Below are positions 1 to 9,436 of a DNA stretch of 64,000 nt, in pieces. Below the pieces are notes generated by a model. It was given only the letters and a program-made list of their open reading frames with translations. It did no database searches and was not told the origin of the DNA. The position numbers and the translations under genes are program-made. Position 1 is the first letter of the stretch, and each line of letters starts with the position of its first letter. Source of the stretch: Alphaproteobacteria bacterium (GTDB lineage Bacteria; Pseudomonadota; Alphaproteobacteria; Bin95); contig OZ219788.1 in assembly GCA_964291285.2 (NCBI GenBank), positions 448,001 through 512,000 of the forward strand, in the 5' to 3' direction.

Positions 1-123
1 GTCGGCGTCCTGACAGCGATGATTATCGGCTTCGCACTCGTCGCCGACCTGTCTCTCCTGCCGGCGCTGCTGACGGCTCTGGACCGGAGGAGGCCGACCG
101 GGCAGGACGCGCGCGCGCCTTGA
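1..123 (+). CDS. 3' end of MMPL/RND-family membrane transporter (cut by window edge)
   Basis: Frame 1 reads VGVLTAMIIGFALVADLSLLPALLTALDRRR...TGA, typical of the last TM helix of MMPL/RND proteins. Confidence 0.55.
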   Translation, partial: VGVLTAMIIGFALVADLSLLPALLTALDRRRPTGQDARAP

Positions 124-302
124 TCCACGTCGAGGGAGGTATTTCCGACAAAGGATTCCTGGCGCCGGGGCCAACCTTCCCGGCGATTCGTAGACTTGAC
201 CTTGCCCGGTCGGGATTGCATATCGCCTTCTACTTCTTCGCCCAAGCCGGATAAGATTTTCTTTGTCCTTGCTTGATCCCCGTGAGGAGGCTGAGCGCGG
301 CC

Positions 303-854
303 GTGTTCAATAATCCGTTCGGTTCATTTCAGAATACCGTTGCCGAAGCGAAGGAAGAACGCGAGCAACTGGACCGGTTGCTGACCATTTCCACGCCGCG
401 GGAACGCCTGCTTGTCGCCGTTACTGTCCTGTTGTTGCTCGTTCTCGCAATCTGGCTGTTCGTCGGCAATGTAACCCGCAGCGTTGCGCTGGACGGCGTG
501 CTCGTCGGTCCCGGAGAAAAGCTGACCGCGGGCAACCGGACCGTACAGGCGTTCGTCTGGGTCAAGAGCGGCGCCGCCCCGCATATCGGGCCCGGAATGG
601 CGGCGGAGATAGAGCTGGCCACGGCAGGCGGAGAAGCAGTCGCGCTTGACGGCGAGGTCTCGGAGGTTTCCGCCGTGCCCTTGCCGGAAGGGCTGGCGGC
701 GTTCCAGGCCGCGGCGCCGGTATCCGTGTACCGCGTGGAAGTCGCGCTTGATGCGGAGCCCGGCTTTGCTTCCCTTGCCGGCGTGAAATGCAGGATTGTC
801 GTCGAACTCGGAACGCAATCTCCGGTCGAACTGTTTCGAATGAGACGACCGTAA
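303..854 (+). CDS. NHLP bacteriocin-system secretion protein (short HlyD-like adaptor)
   Basis: EQLDRLLTISTPRE followed by one TM helix; immediately upstream of a C39-ABC transporter; GTG start at 303 chosen. Confidence 0.7.
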   Translation: MFNNPFGSFQNTVAEAKEEREQLDRLLTISTPRERLLVAVTVLLLLVLAIWLFVGNVTRSVALDGVLVGPGEKLTAGNRTVQAFVWVKSGAAPHIGPGMAAEIELATAGGEAVALDGEVSEVSAVPLPEGLAAFQAAAPVSVYRVEVALDAEPGFASLAGVKCRIVVELGTQSPVELFRMRRP

Positions 855-855
855 G

Positions 856-3066
856 ATGGCGTTACGCGCCTCTATGGGGGCTGGCGGCAATGCCGCGCAG
901 AACCCCTCGAAACGAAGGATAGCGACGCCGATAGTGTTGCAGATGCACGCGTCGGAATGCGGCGCGGCCTGCCTCGGCAGCATACTGGCCTATTTCGGGC
1001 GCCGGGTGCCGCTAACCGAACTGCGCGAGAAATGCGAGGTCAGCCGGGACGGCAGCAGCGCCGCGAGCATCCTGCGCGCTTCCAGGCATTACGGTCTTGA
1101 ATGCAGCGGCCTCAGCATGCGCGCCAACCAACTGAAAAAGCTTCAATTGCCTCTTATTCTGTTCTGGCAATTCAGCCATTTCGTCGTCTTTGAAGGATTC
1201 GACGACAACCACTTCTACCTCAACGATCCGTCCACCGGGCGGCGCAGGCTTTCCGTGGAAGAGTTCAACAGGGGCTACAGCGGAATAGCGCTGAGATTCC
1301 AGCGCGGCGCCGATTTCAGCCCCGGCGGCGAGCAGCCCGGCCTGTTCAGGCGATTGGACGCCCTGCTCGGCGGATCGTGGAATGTGCTTTCCGGATCGCT
1401 CGCCTGCGGTTTCATGCTGACATTGCTGACACTCATCGTTCCCGTGTCGCTCACCGTTTTCGTGGACGGCGTTCTGGAAAACCACGGGGCCTGGGGCGGA
1501 TTGGTGGCGGCCCTGCTCGGCGGCGGCGTTCTGGTATATATCCTGTCCCTGCTCAAGCACCGGTTCCTGAAGCGGCTTGCAGCCCGGATTTCGGTGATCG
1601 GCTACAGCCGGGGATTGTCGCGGCTGCTGCGTCTGCCGGTGGAGTTCTTCGAACACAGGCTGGTTGGAGACCTGACCGAACGGGTCTCCTCCATCGACAG
1701 AGTCGCGAAAAACCTGACGGACCAATTCGTTGTGCTCGTCATCGACATGGCAATGAGCGCGGTCCTGCTCGTCGCGATGCTCGCCTACGATGTCCTGCTC
1801 ACAGCGGTCGTGTTGCTGCTGGCCGTGCTGCACGGCATGGCGGCCTATTTTCTCAACGCGCTCCGGATCGTCCAAACCCAGGCGATGAGGCGCGAACAGG
1901 GGCTGCTGATCGGCGTCGGCATGCAGATGTTGAGCCACGCGGACAATCTGCGGATGACGGGGGCCGACGACCGGTTTTTTTCACGCTGGAGCGGCCAACA
2001 GGCGCGTGAACTGCGGGCGCGACAGAGCTGTTCGGAGCTGGGCGCTGTCAACGCCGCGCTTCCGGACTTCGTCGCTGCGCTCCGCAGCGCGGCGATCCTG
2101 GGTGTCGGGGGCAGCCTGGCCCTGGCCGGGGAAATGACCCTGGGGACGCTCGTCGGGTTCTATGTCCTTGCAGAGATGTTCCTGGCGCCCATAGGGCGCT
2201 TTCTGGAGTTCGCCGACAAGCGCCAGGCGCTCGAAACCGATTTGCAGCGGCTCGACGACATTTCCAAGGCGGCCGAGGACCCCTCCTTCGACCGGCGAAA
2301 TGAGGAATCCGGGTCGATCTCCACATTCAGGGGCCGGCTCCAGCTTACGGGGCGGCTTGAATTGCGAAACGTCACCTTCGGGTTCAACAAGAGCCGGCCG
2401 CCCCTGATCGAGAACTTCAACCTTGCGCTCAGTCCGGGGCAGCGGGTTGCCGTGGTCGGTCCGAGCGGCTCCGGAAAATCGACCCTGGCCCGCCTGGTTT
2501 CGGGCGTCTACAAGCCCTGGTCGGGCGAAATCCTGTTCGACGGCCATCCGCGGAACGAGATTCCCGAGGAAGTGCTGCGACAGTCCATTTCCATGGTGGA
2601 CCAGGATGTGGTGCTCTTTTCCGCGTCGCTGCGCGACAACATTACCCTGTGGAACCCGGCCGTTCCCGATGAAGTCGTCTTCGCCGCGACGCGAGACGCC
2701 CGGATCCACGACGAAATTCTGGTCAGGCCGCACGGGTATTCGACCATGGTCGAGGAAGGCGGGGCGAATTTCAGCGGCGGCCAGCGGCAACGGCTGGAAA
2801 TTGCGCGCGCGCTGGTGGGCAATCCGACGATGCTCATTCTGGACGAGGCGACGAGCGCGCTGGATGCCGCGACGGAAGAAGATGTCGACGAGGCCCTGCG
2901 GCGCCGCGGCGTCACCTGCCTGATCGTGGCGCACCGGCTGAGCACCGTCAGGGACTGCGACCAGATTATCGTGCTCGACAAAGGCGTCGAAGTGCAGCGC
3001 GGCACGCATGACGAGTTGATTGCCGACCGGGACGGCACGTACTACAAGTTGGTCATGTCGGGCTGA
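856..3066 (+). CDS. NHLP-family peptide export ABC transporter (C39 peptidase/permease/ATPase)
   Basis: QMHASECGAACL (C39 Cys), HFVV, NDP; TM domain; Walker A GPSGSGKS, FSGGQRQ, LDEATSALD, AHRLST. Confidence 0.92.
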   Translation: MALRASMGAGGNAAQNPSKRRIATPIVLQMHASECGAACLGSILAYFGRRVPLTELREKCEVSRDGSSAASILRASRHYGLECSGLSMRANQLKKLQLPLILFWQFSHFVVFEGFDDNHFYLNDPSTGRRRLSVEEFNRGYSGIALRFQRGADFSPGGEQPGLFRRLDALLGGSWNVLSGSLACGFMLTLLTLIVPVSLTVFVDGVLENHGAWGGLVAALLGGGVLVYILSLLKHRFLKRLAARISVIGYSRGLSRLLRLPVEFFEHRLVGDLTERVSSIDRVAKNLTDQFVVLVIDMAMSAVLLVAMLAYDVLLTAVVLLLAVLHGMAAYFLNALRIVQTQAMRREQGLLIGVGMQMLSHADNLRMTGADDRFFSRWSGQQARELRARQSCSELGAVNAALPDFVAALRSAAILGVGGSLALAGEMTLGTLVGFYVLAEMFLAPIGRFLEFADKRQALETDLQRLDDISKAAEDPSFDRRNEESGSISTFRGRLQLTGRLELRNVTFGFNKSRPPLIENFNLALSPGQRVAVVGPSGSGKSTLARLVSGVYKPWSGEILFDGHPRNEIPEEVLRQSISMVDQDVVLFSASLRDNITLWNPAVPDEVVFAATRDARIHDEILVRPHGYSTMVEEGGANFSGGQRQRLEIARALVGNPTMLILDEATSALDAATEEDVDEALRRRGVTCLIVAHRLSTVRDCDQIIVLDKGVEVQRGTHDELIADRDGTYYKLVMSG

Positions 3067-4982
3067 TGCAGGGCACGGGGCCGGAATATTCGTCGATAGC
3101 GGCGCTCGCCGCGCGCGCCGGCGCATCCGCGCCCTGCGCCGGCAACCTGCCCGTCAGGCTCGACGACCCGGATAGCGTCTGGATCGTCGAACGGGGTGCG
3201 GTCCATCTGTTTCTGGTCGAGTTCAGGGATGGTGTGGAGCAGGCCGCGCCCCGGCACCTGCTGCGCCGGGAAGCCGGGCAGCTGCTGCTCGGCGTCGCGC
3301 CGGACCAAGACGAAAGCGGCAGCGGCACGACGCTCAGCCTGATCGCCAAAGGGTTGCCGGACACCCTTCTGAAACGCCTGCCGGCGTCCCTGCTGGCCGA
3401 GGCTTATCCGGCGGAACTGGCGGAACAGACGGATACCTGGCTGACCGCCATTACCGACACGCTCTCGCGTTTTGTAAGCCGCCTTCCGCGTCCGACCGCG
3501 CTGGCCGAACCCGGCCGGACCCGGACCCTGGACCCTTGTGTGCTGTCCGTACGGCGCGGCGCGGTATGGATATCGGAACCGCCGCGCGGCGCAGGCCTGT
3601 TCATGGGTATTGTCGATCCGGCGGAACTCCGGGAGGCGCACAACCTGCGCGAAACCGCAATACCGCTGACGCGGACCAGCTGGTTCGCCTTGTTCGACGA
3701 GGCGACAATCTCCGGCACATCGACCGAGACCCTGGCACGGCAGGGCAAGCTCCTGCCGGCGCTCGCGTTCTTTCATGCAATCGCTTTTGCCCTGGAACGC
3801 CATAACCGCCGACTGGCAATGGTCGATGACGCAAACCTCGAACGCGCGCGGACAACCAGCCGCCGCACGGCGGAAAGGGCTGCGCGGCAGCGTCTCTTCA
3901 ATATCTATGACCATCCCATCGACCGGGAGGCCAGCGTCGAGGACACGGCTCTGGCGGACGCCCTGCAAATCATCGGCCGCCGTGAAGGAATCGATTTCAG
4001 GATTCCGGCGCGCTCGGGACCGTCCGAATCCCCGGTCGGTCTCGTTGACATTCTCGATGCATCGGGCGTGCGCGCCCGGCGCGTGCGATTCAAGGACGAG
4101 GGCGACTGGTGGCGCGGCGACAGCAACGCGATGCTGGCATTCCGCGCCGAGGACGGCCAACCCATGGCACTGTTGCCGGGGATGCTGGGGCGGTATCGGG
4201 AAACCGATCCGGTAAGCAAGCGCAGCGTCCGGATGACGGGAGCCCGCGCCGATGCGCTGGGTGACGAGGCCTGGATGTTCTATCGGCCGTTGCCGCCGGG
4301 AACGGTGAAACCGGCGGACCTTCTGGGACTCGCCCTTCACGGATCGGCCCCGGATCTGGCGCGGCTTTCGATAGCCGGGCTTCTGGGCGGCCTGGTCAAG
4401 CTGCTGCCGGCGCTGGCGCTCGGATTCGTTGCGCTTGAGGTCGCGGCAGGCGGAACCCCGGGCGCGCTCCATGCCGCGGCCGTGGCGTTGGCGGCGTTCG
4501 GCCTGCTCGGCGCATTGCTGCACCTGCTTCAAACCACGGCGATCATGCGGCTCGGGGGACGTTCGGGGTCACGGGTCGAAGCGGCCTTCTGGGACCGCCT
4601 CATGCGCCTTCCGCCAAGCATTCTGCACCGCCATCCGGCCGGCGACCTGGCCATGTCGGGGATGACATTCCAGTCTCTTCGCGACGGCCTGCAGGGAGTC
4701 GTCGCCGACAGCTTGCTGTCGGTCGTCTTCCTGCTTCCGGTTTTCGGGGTCATCTTCTTCTACGACACTACTCTCGGGGTCGTTGCCCTCGTCTTCAGCC
4801 TGGCCTCGCTGTCGATTACCGTTGCCCTTGGATTGCGCCGGATTTCGCCTTACGGGCGGATGATCGCCGCCGCCCGCCGCGTGGCCGGCCGGCTGTTCCA
4901 GATGTATCCGTTCGGGTTCCGGGGGATGAGGATTGGGTTATCCGCTTGTCGGCATTTTCACACCGGGGCGACGGTTGTGCTT

Positions 4983-5864
4983 CTACCGATTGAGGGTGCG
5001 TTGCCAGTCTTTTCGCAGTGTGCGGAGCCAGATGTCCTTTTTCGGCTGGTCTCGTTTGTTGTGCCTGTCGTAGCGTCCCCGGCCCTGGGTGGTCCCGACG
5101 CGGGTCCAGCCCGATGCGCGGTATACGGCACCGGTGTAGCGGGGCGTTTCGACGAAGGTCTCGATGAGCACCGGCGTGATGTTGTAGCGCCCGGTCCAGT
5201 CGATGGGCAGGCGGCGGCGCACGATGGCGAGGATGTGCGAGCCGAGGTTGGGGATCTCGATCCAGGGCAGGATCAGGAAGCGCGGGTTGTCGACGACGAG
5301 AGGAAGGTTCTTTTCGCGCAGTTCGGGCGTCCATCCGATGAAGCGGTCGCGCGGGGCGAGCTTCCATGCGGCGGTGGAGAAGCCGAGCATGGCGACGGGC
5401 CAGCCGTTGCGGTCGTGGACGGCATAGCGCATCTGGGCGCCGACCAGTGTCTTGTGTCCGAGATAGTGGTAGCGGGCGATGAACTCGTTCCAGAGCCTGC
5501 CTTCGCGGGTGCTGTGCACGACGGTGCGGAAGTCGAGCGGGCGGACCTCGTCGAGGGTCGTGGGCGCCGGGAACAGCGGCGGTTCGGTGTCGGGTCCGAA
5601 CTGGACCGGCCTGGGCCGGTGCTGCCGCCCCCTCGGCGGCGGCAGCTCGATGAGCCCGTCCTTGTGCATGGCGAGCATGGCGACACGGGCCATCATGTCC
5701 TTCAGTCCGCCGTCGGGCTTGAGCCAGCCGATGCGCCGGCAGAACTCGATCGACAGGGCGCGGCGGGAGAGCGGGGCGGGATCGGCGATCAGGGCACGCA
5801 GCAGCGCCATTTCATCTTCGGTGAAGTCGCGCCCGTAATAGCGACACTCGACCGCGCCGGTCAT
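4983..5864 (-). CDS. DUF4338 (Druantia DruA-like) protein
   Basis: RYYGRDFT, LWNEFIARYHYLG, GAQMRY, RDRFIGW, VVDNPRFLILPW, ETFVE, YRASGW, GRGRYD, KDIWL; ATG overlaps the transposase TGA (ATGA). Confidence 0.85.
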   Translation of the reverse strand: MTGAVECRYYGRDFTEDEMALLRALIADPAPLSRRALSIEFCRRIGWLKPDGGLKDMMARVAMLAMHKDGLIELPPPRGRQHRPRPVQFGPDTEPPLFPAPTTLDEVRPLDFRTVVHSTREGRLWNEFIARYHYLGHKTLVGAQMRYAVHDRNGWPVAMLGFSTAAWKLAPRDRFIGWTPELREKNLPLVVDNPRFLILPWIEIPNLGSHILAIVRRRLPIDWTGRYNITPVLIETFVETPRYTGAVYRASGWTRVGTTQGRGRYDRHNKRDQPKKDIWLRTLRKDWQRTLNR

Positions 5865-8026
5865 CCCGCCGCCGCGAGTTCGCGCCGGCGCGCCTCGCTC
5901 ATCGACCACGGCAGCCAGGGCGAGAGGTCTTCCGGCGGCTCGCCGCCGTTCTCCGCGCACGCGGTCAGCCATTCACCGAGCCAGCGCCGGACGTCGATGC
6001 CGTTGATCGCCAGCGTGCCGGCCACCGAGTACATCGTTGCCGTGAACCCGGCGCCTTTCTCGCTGTCGGAGCCGAACGAGAGCCGTCGCCCGATGACCGC
6101 GAAGCGCAGGGAGAGTTCGCCGCGGTTGTTGTCCATGGGCACGAACGGCTTGTCGACGAAGACGCACAGCCCCTCGCGGTGCTTGAGGAGCGAGCGCAGC
6201 GGCCTGGCCCTGCGCGCCCTGTCCGTCAGCCCGGCCAGTTCCGCTTCGGCGGCCGCGAACAGCTCGTCGACCGCCTTCTTCAGCCTGGCGTGCGCGACGT
6301 CGAACGCCGGCGTCTGGCGTTCGAGAGGGTGAGCGGGGTCGTAATGCTCCAGCCGCGCCTCGTTGAGCCGGTAGATCTCCGCGATCCGCTCGATCCATCT
6401 CTGGCACCAGCGCCTGAGCCGCACCCGCCCGGCCGCGCCGTCGATGAACGAGCGCCTTTGGTGCGCCCAGCACCATTGCAGGATCACCTTGCCGGCGAGT
6501 TCGCGGGCCAGCTTTCTGTAGGCGCTGAACCGGTCGCAGACCAGAACCACGATGCCCTGTGTCGAACCGAACAGCTTCATCGCGACCTCGGCGCTGCGCG
6601 AGGGATCGATGTGGTAATAGACCGCGTCCGGGCTCACCGAGGTCCACAGCCAGGCGCGGCTCGACCGGCCTTTCTCGCGCCAGGCCTGAACGCGCCAGGA
6701 TGTTTCGTCGGCATGGCGCAGGGCCGCGGTGTTCTGGTGCGCAAGGATCGCCTCGGCCAGCGGCTCGAACAGCGGCACGAAGCGCTTGATGCTGTCGGCC
6801 AGGGTGCCCGGCGAGATCGTCAGCCCCATGTCGGCCAGCCAGGCCGCGACCCGATGCAGCGGCCGGCAGCAGACGAACCGTTCGTAGAGCATGCACGTCC
6901 AGACGCTGATCCCGTAAGGCGTGGTCTCGAACAGTCGCACCGCCGGCGGCGCGGTCACCTCCCGCGGCGCGGAGGCGCAGTCGCAAGCCCGGCGCCAGCG
7001 CGACCGGACGATGGTGCGCTCGCAGGCCTCGACATCGATCTCGAAGAGGGTGGTGCGCCGCTCGCCGTTGGCGACATAGGGCTTGCCGCAACGCGGGCAG
7101 ATCCGCGCATCTTCCGGCGGGTCGCGCGTCTCCTTCTTCTTCCTGAGCCCGGGGCGCCGGGTGCGGCCGTGCCCGGCGGTGCCGCGCTGCTGGCCGCGCT
7201 CGCGCCCGGTGCCCGGCTTCTTCTGCCGCTCGCTCCTGCTGCCGTAGAGCGCCTTCGACAGGACGCTGCGGGTCGAGCGCAGCTTGTCGAGGTCGCCTTC
7301 CAGCTTCTCGACCCGCGCGGCCAGCGCGGCATTCTCGCCCTTCAGATCCCGCACCTCGGCGCGCAGCCCGGCATTCTTCTCCCGCAGCGACCCGATCAGC
7401 TCCGTGGCCCGCACGACCGCCGCCCGCAGCCGGTCGTTGCGCGCGCGCAGCCACGCGATCGTGCCCTCCCCGGCCTTCACCAGCCGCCTGGCCGCGGCGA
7501 GATGCCGGTCGAACCGCCTGCGCAGAGATTCGGCCACGCGCTCGCCCTCGCGGTGTACCTTCGCGAGCCGCGAGCGCTCCCGGTCGATGTCCTGCTTCAA
7601 CCAGTTGATCTCGTCCCGGTGGCGCGCCTCGACCCGCTCCCGGTGCTCGTGAGACCGGCGCAACGAGAGGTAAAGACCGGCGATCTCGTCGTCCTGATAC
7701 TCGACCCTGCGCTCCAACGCCTTCATGGCCCGCGACGCGGTCCTGGTTACGGCCAACTTGAGCTTGAACCGGCAAGTCTCAAGCTGCCTCTCCAGAGAAC
7801 GCACGCGCGTACAGGCGTCCCTCTCCGACCAGCGCAGTTCCTCGCGGCGCAACTCCGCCACGCGTGCGCGACCCCGTTCCTCCTCGATCCGCGCCTCTGC
7901 CTCTTCAAGCACAGACGCCCAGTCGAGCGGCTCGCACGCCGGCATCACCATGGGAGGCGACCACAAGGTGTCGCCCCCCTCGGCCAGCGTCAGGTCGGTG
8001 CAGAAATCCGCGTCGAAAACCGCCAT
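5861..8026 (-). CDS. tnpC: IS66-family transposase with long coiled-coil N-terminus
   Basis: LYGSRSE, GHGR, CPRCG zinc ribbon, HADETSW, WLW, CDRFSAY, CWAHQRR, DNNRGELSLR, WLPW. Confidence 0.92.
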   Translation of the reverse strand: MAVFDADFCTDLTLAEGGDTLWSPPMVMPACEPLDWASVLEEAEARIEEERGRARVAELRREELRWSERDACTRVRSLERQLETCRFKLKLAVTRTASRAMKALERRVEYQDDEIAGLYLSLRRSHEHRERVEARHRDEINWLKQDIDRERSRLAKVHREGERVAESLRRRFDRHLAAARRLVKAGEGTIAWLRARNDRLRAAVVRATELIGSLREKNAGLRAEVRDLKGENAALAARVEKLEGDLDKLRSTRSVLSKALYGSRSERQKKPGTGRERGQQRGTAGHGRTRRPGLRKKKETRDPPEDARICPRCGKPYVANGERRTTLFEIDVEACERTIVRSRWRRACDCASAPREVTAPPAVRLFETTPYGISVWTCMLYERFVCCRPLHRVAAWLADMGLTISPGTLADSIKRFVPLFEPLAEAILAHQNTAALRHADETSWRVQAWREKGRSSRAWLWTSVSPDAVYYHIDPSRSAEVAMKLFGSTQGIVVLVCDRFSAYRKLARELAGKVILQWCWAHQRRSFIDGAAGRVRLRRWCQRWIERIAEIYRLNEARLEHYDPAHPLERQTPAFDVAHARLKKAVDELFAAAEAELAGLTDRARRARPLRSLLKHREGLCVFVDKPFVPMDNNRGELSLRFAVIGRRLSFGSDSEKGAGFTATMYSVAGTLAINGIDVRRWLGEWLTACAENGGEPPEDLSPWLPWSMSEARRRELAAAG

Positions 8027-8469
8027 GCGCGAGACCGTAGCGCATGCGCGAAGTAGTTACCAGTCAGAAAATCCGTGGAGGCATACGATCCCCCGGAACC
8101 CGAACGGATACTTCCAGATCGTCGGCGGCATCGCCAAACTGCGTATGGAAAACGCGGAAGGGTCGGCTTACGCCATCTGGGCGCAGGACTATCGCCGCCA
8201 GAAGCGCGCGGAGCTCGAAGTGGCCGCGGTCGAGGGACATTCGCGGGCATTCGGCGCCGCGCTGCCCTTTCTTGCCGGCGGGACATTGCTCTTCGCCGTG
8301 ATGGCGACGGGGGAGCGGACCGTCCCGGTCAGCGACTTTCTGGTCGTTTACATCGTCTTCATCGCGTTCCAGTCCGCCGTTGCCCGGCTCGGCGAGTCCT
8401 TCGGCGCCATTGCCGGCATGCTGCCGGCGTTCGACCAGATGCGCCCGCTGCTCGCCGCGGTTCCCGAGC

Positions 8470-8666
8470 AGCCCGACGTCCTCGTCTCCCTCTGCGGCGC
8501 GCTCTACAACATGGCCGACGACACCAACTTCGACGCCGTCGTTGCCTACGCCACCCGGCTGCGCCGCGAAATCGGCGAGTTCCTGGTCACCATGTGCCTC
8601 CAGCGCGACCCGGGCCTCCAGAACACCGCCGGCTTCATCCGCTGGGCCGCACGCCGCACCCGGTAG
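8470..8666 (+). pseudogene. C-terminal fragment of an AAA ATPase paralogous to 37309-38322
   Basis: LVSLCGALYNMADDTNFDAVVAYATRLRREIGEFLV...FIRWAARRTR aligns to LIALCGALYRMADDITLDAIVTYAGRLRREVGEFLV...FIRWAAARTQ. Confidence 0.85.
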
Positions 8667-8814
8667 CCGCAACCATGCAGGCCGCGCCGGAAACCGCTCC
8701 GGCCGCCCGATCCGGGAGTCCGGGTGAAGCCCTGTCCGGTCGAACCCGGCATCCCTGCCGGCGAAACGAACGACGACGCCGTTCTTGCAACCCCTGCCCG
8801 ACGGGACTAGACCC

Positions 8815-9207
8815 ATGAACGCAATGGACTCCAGCAACCTCATCTCCTGGACAATGGCCCACCCGGATGCGGCGACCGCGCTCGCCACCATGGCGCTGGT
8901 GGCCGCAGGCGTCGCCATCGGCCTCGGCCAGATCGGCGTTGTCTTCTACGGCATATGGAAGATGGGCGAAGGCAACAAGGCGCGGGCCGAACAGCACCGC
9001 GAAGCCATGGATGCCGAGGCCAACAGGCACCAGGAAGCCATGGATGCCTACAAGGCAACCATGGATGCGCTCGCCGCCGAACGCGCGGCCAGCGAACGCC
9101 GCCACGAACAGGCGATGCAGGCCGACGAACGCCGCCACGAGCAGGGCATGAAGGCGCTGGACGCCCTGATCCGGAACACGGCGCCCGGGGCCGCTCCGGC
9201 CGCCTGA
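8815..9207 (+). CDS. Small membrane-anchored coiled-coil protein with repeated RHxxAM motif
   Basis: Hydrophobic N-terminal segment, then QHREAM/RHQEAM/RHEQAM/RHEQGM; high GC3 codon bias. Confidence 0.6.
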   Translation: MNAMDSSNLISWTMAHPDAATALATMALVAAGVAIGLGQIGVVFYGIWKMGEGNKARAEQHREAMDAEANRHQEAMDAYKATMDALAAERAASERRHEQAMQADERRHEQGMKALDALIRNTAPGAAPAA

Positions 9208-9256
9208 TTCCCCGCCGATAACCCGCCCGCCTCCGGGCGGCGCCATCCCCTCCGGC

Positions 9257-9388
9257 GTAATGCTTCCGTTATCGGGTGATGGATTGAGATTTCAGCGATT
9301 GAGGGTTTGTTTCCAGTCTCGTTTCAGCGGGCGCAGCCAGATGTCCTTTCTGGGTTCGGCGCGCCTCATGAGGGTGTCGTAGCGGCCG
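9257..9388. repeat. Left arm of a 132-bp perfect inverted repeat (partner 12735-12866)
   Basis: Exact reverse complement of 12735-12866, including the last ~31 codons of the DUF4338 gene. Confidence 0.92.
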
Positions 9389-9436
9389 TGCAAAGGCTTC
9401 TGGTAACGCCTTTGACGATTCGCTATTGTCGCGCGC

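Larger units (their letters stand above)
4904..8111 (-). mobile_element. IS66-family element (single transposase plus DUF4338 passenger), copy A
   Basis: 24-bp perfect IR GTATCCGTTCGGGTTCCGGGGGAT (4904-4927 / 8088-8111); 8-bp target duplication TTCCAGAT (4896-4903, 8112-8119). Confidence 0.93.
3066..8469 (+). pseudogene. Second NHLP-system ABC transporter, split by IS66 (4904-8111) and truncated before the ATPase domain
   Basis: N-part 3066-4903 (cNMP-like WIVERGAVHLF, ASGVRARRV, AFWDRLMRLP) resumes after the target duplication as FQIVGGIAKLR...PLLAAVPE; no Walker motifs follow. Confidence 0.85.

Noticed and set aside
4983-5864. Complete Druantia system
   Set aside because: Only the DruA-like gene is present, inside IS ends; no DruE helicase or other dru genes
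3066-6332. 1088-aa ORF as a genuine fusion protein
   Set aside because: After 4903 it reads through the antisense strand of the IS66
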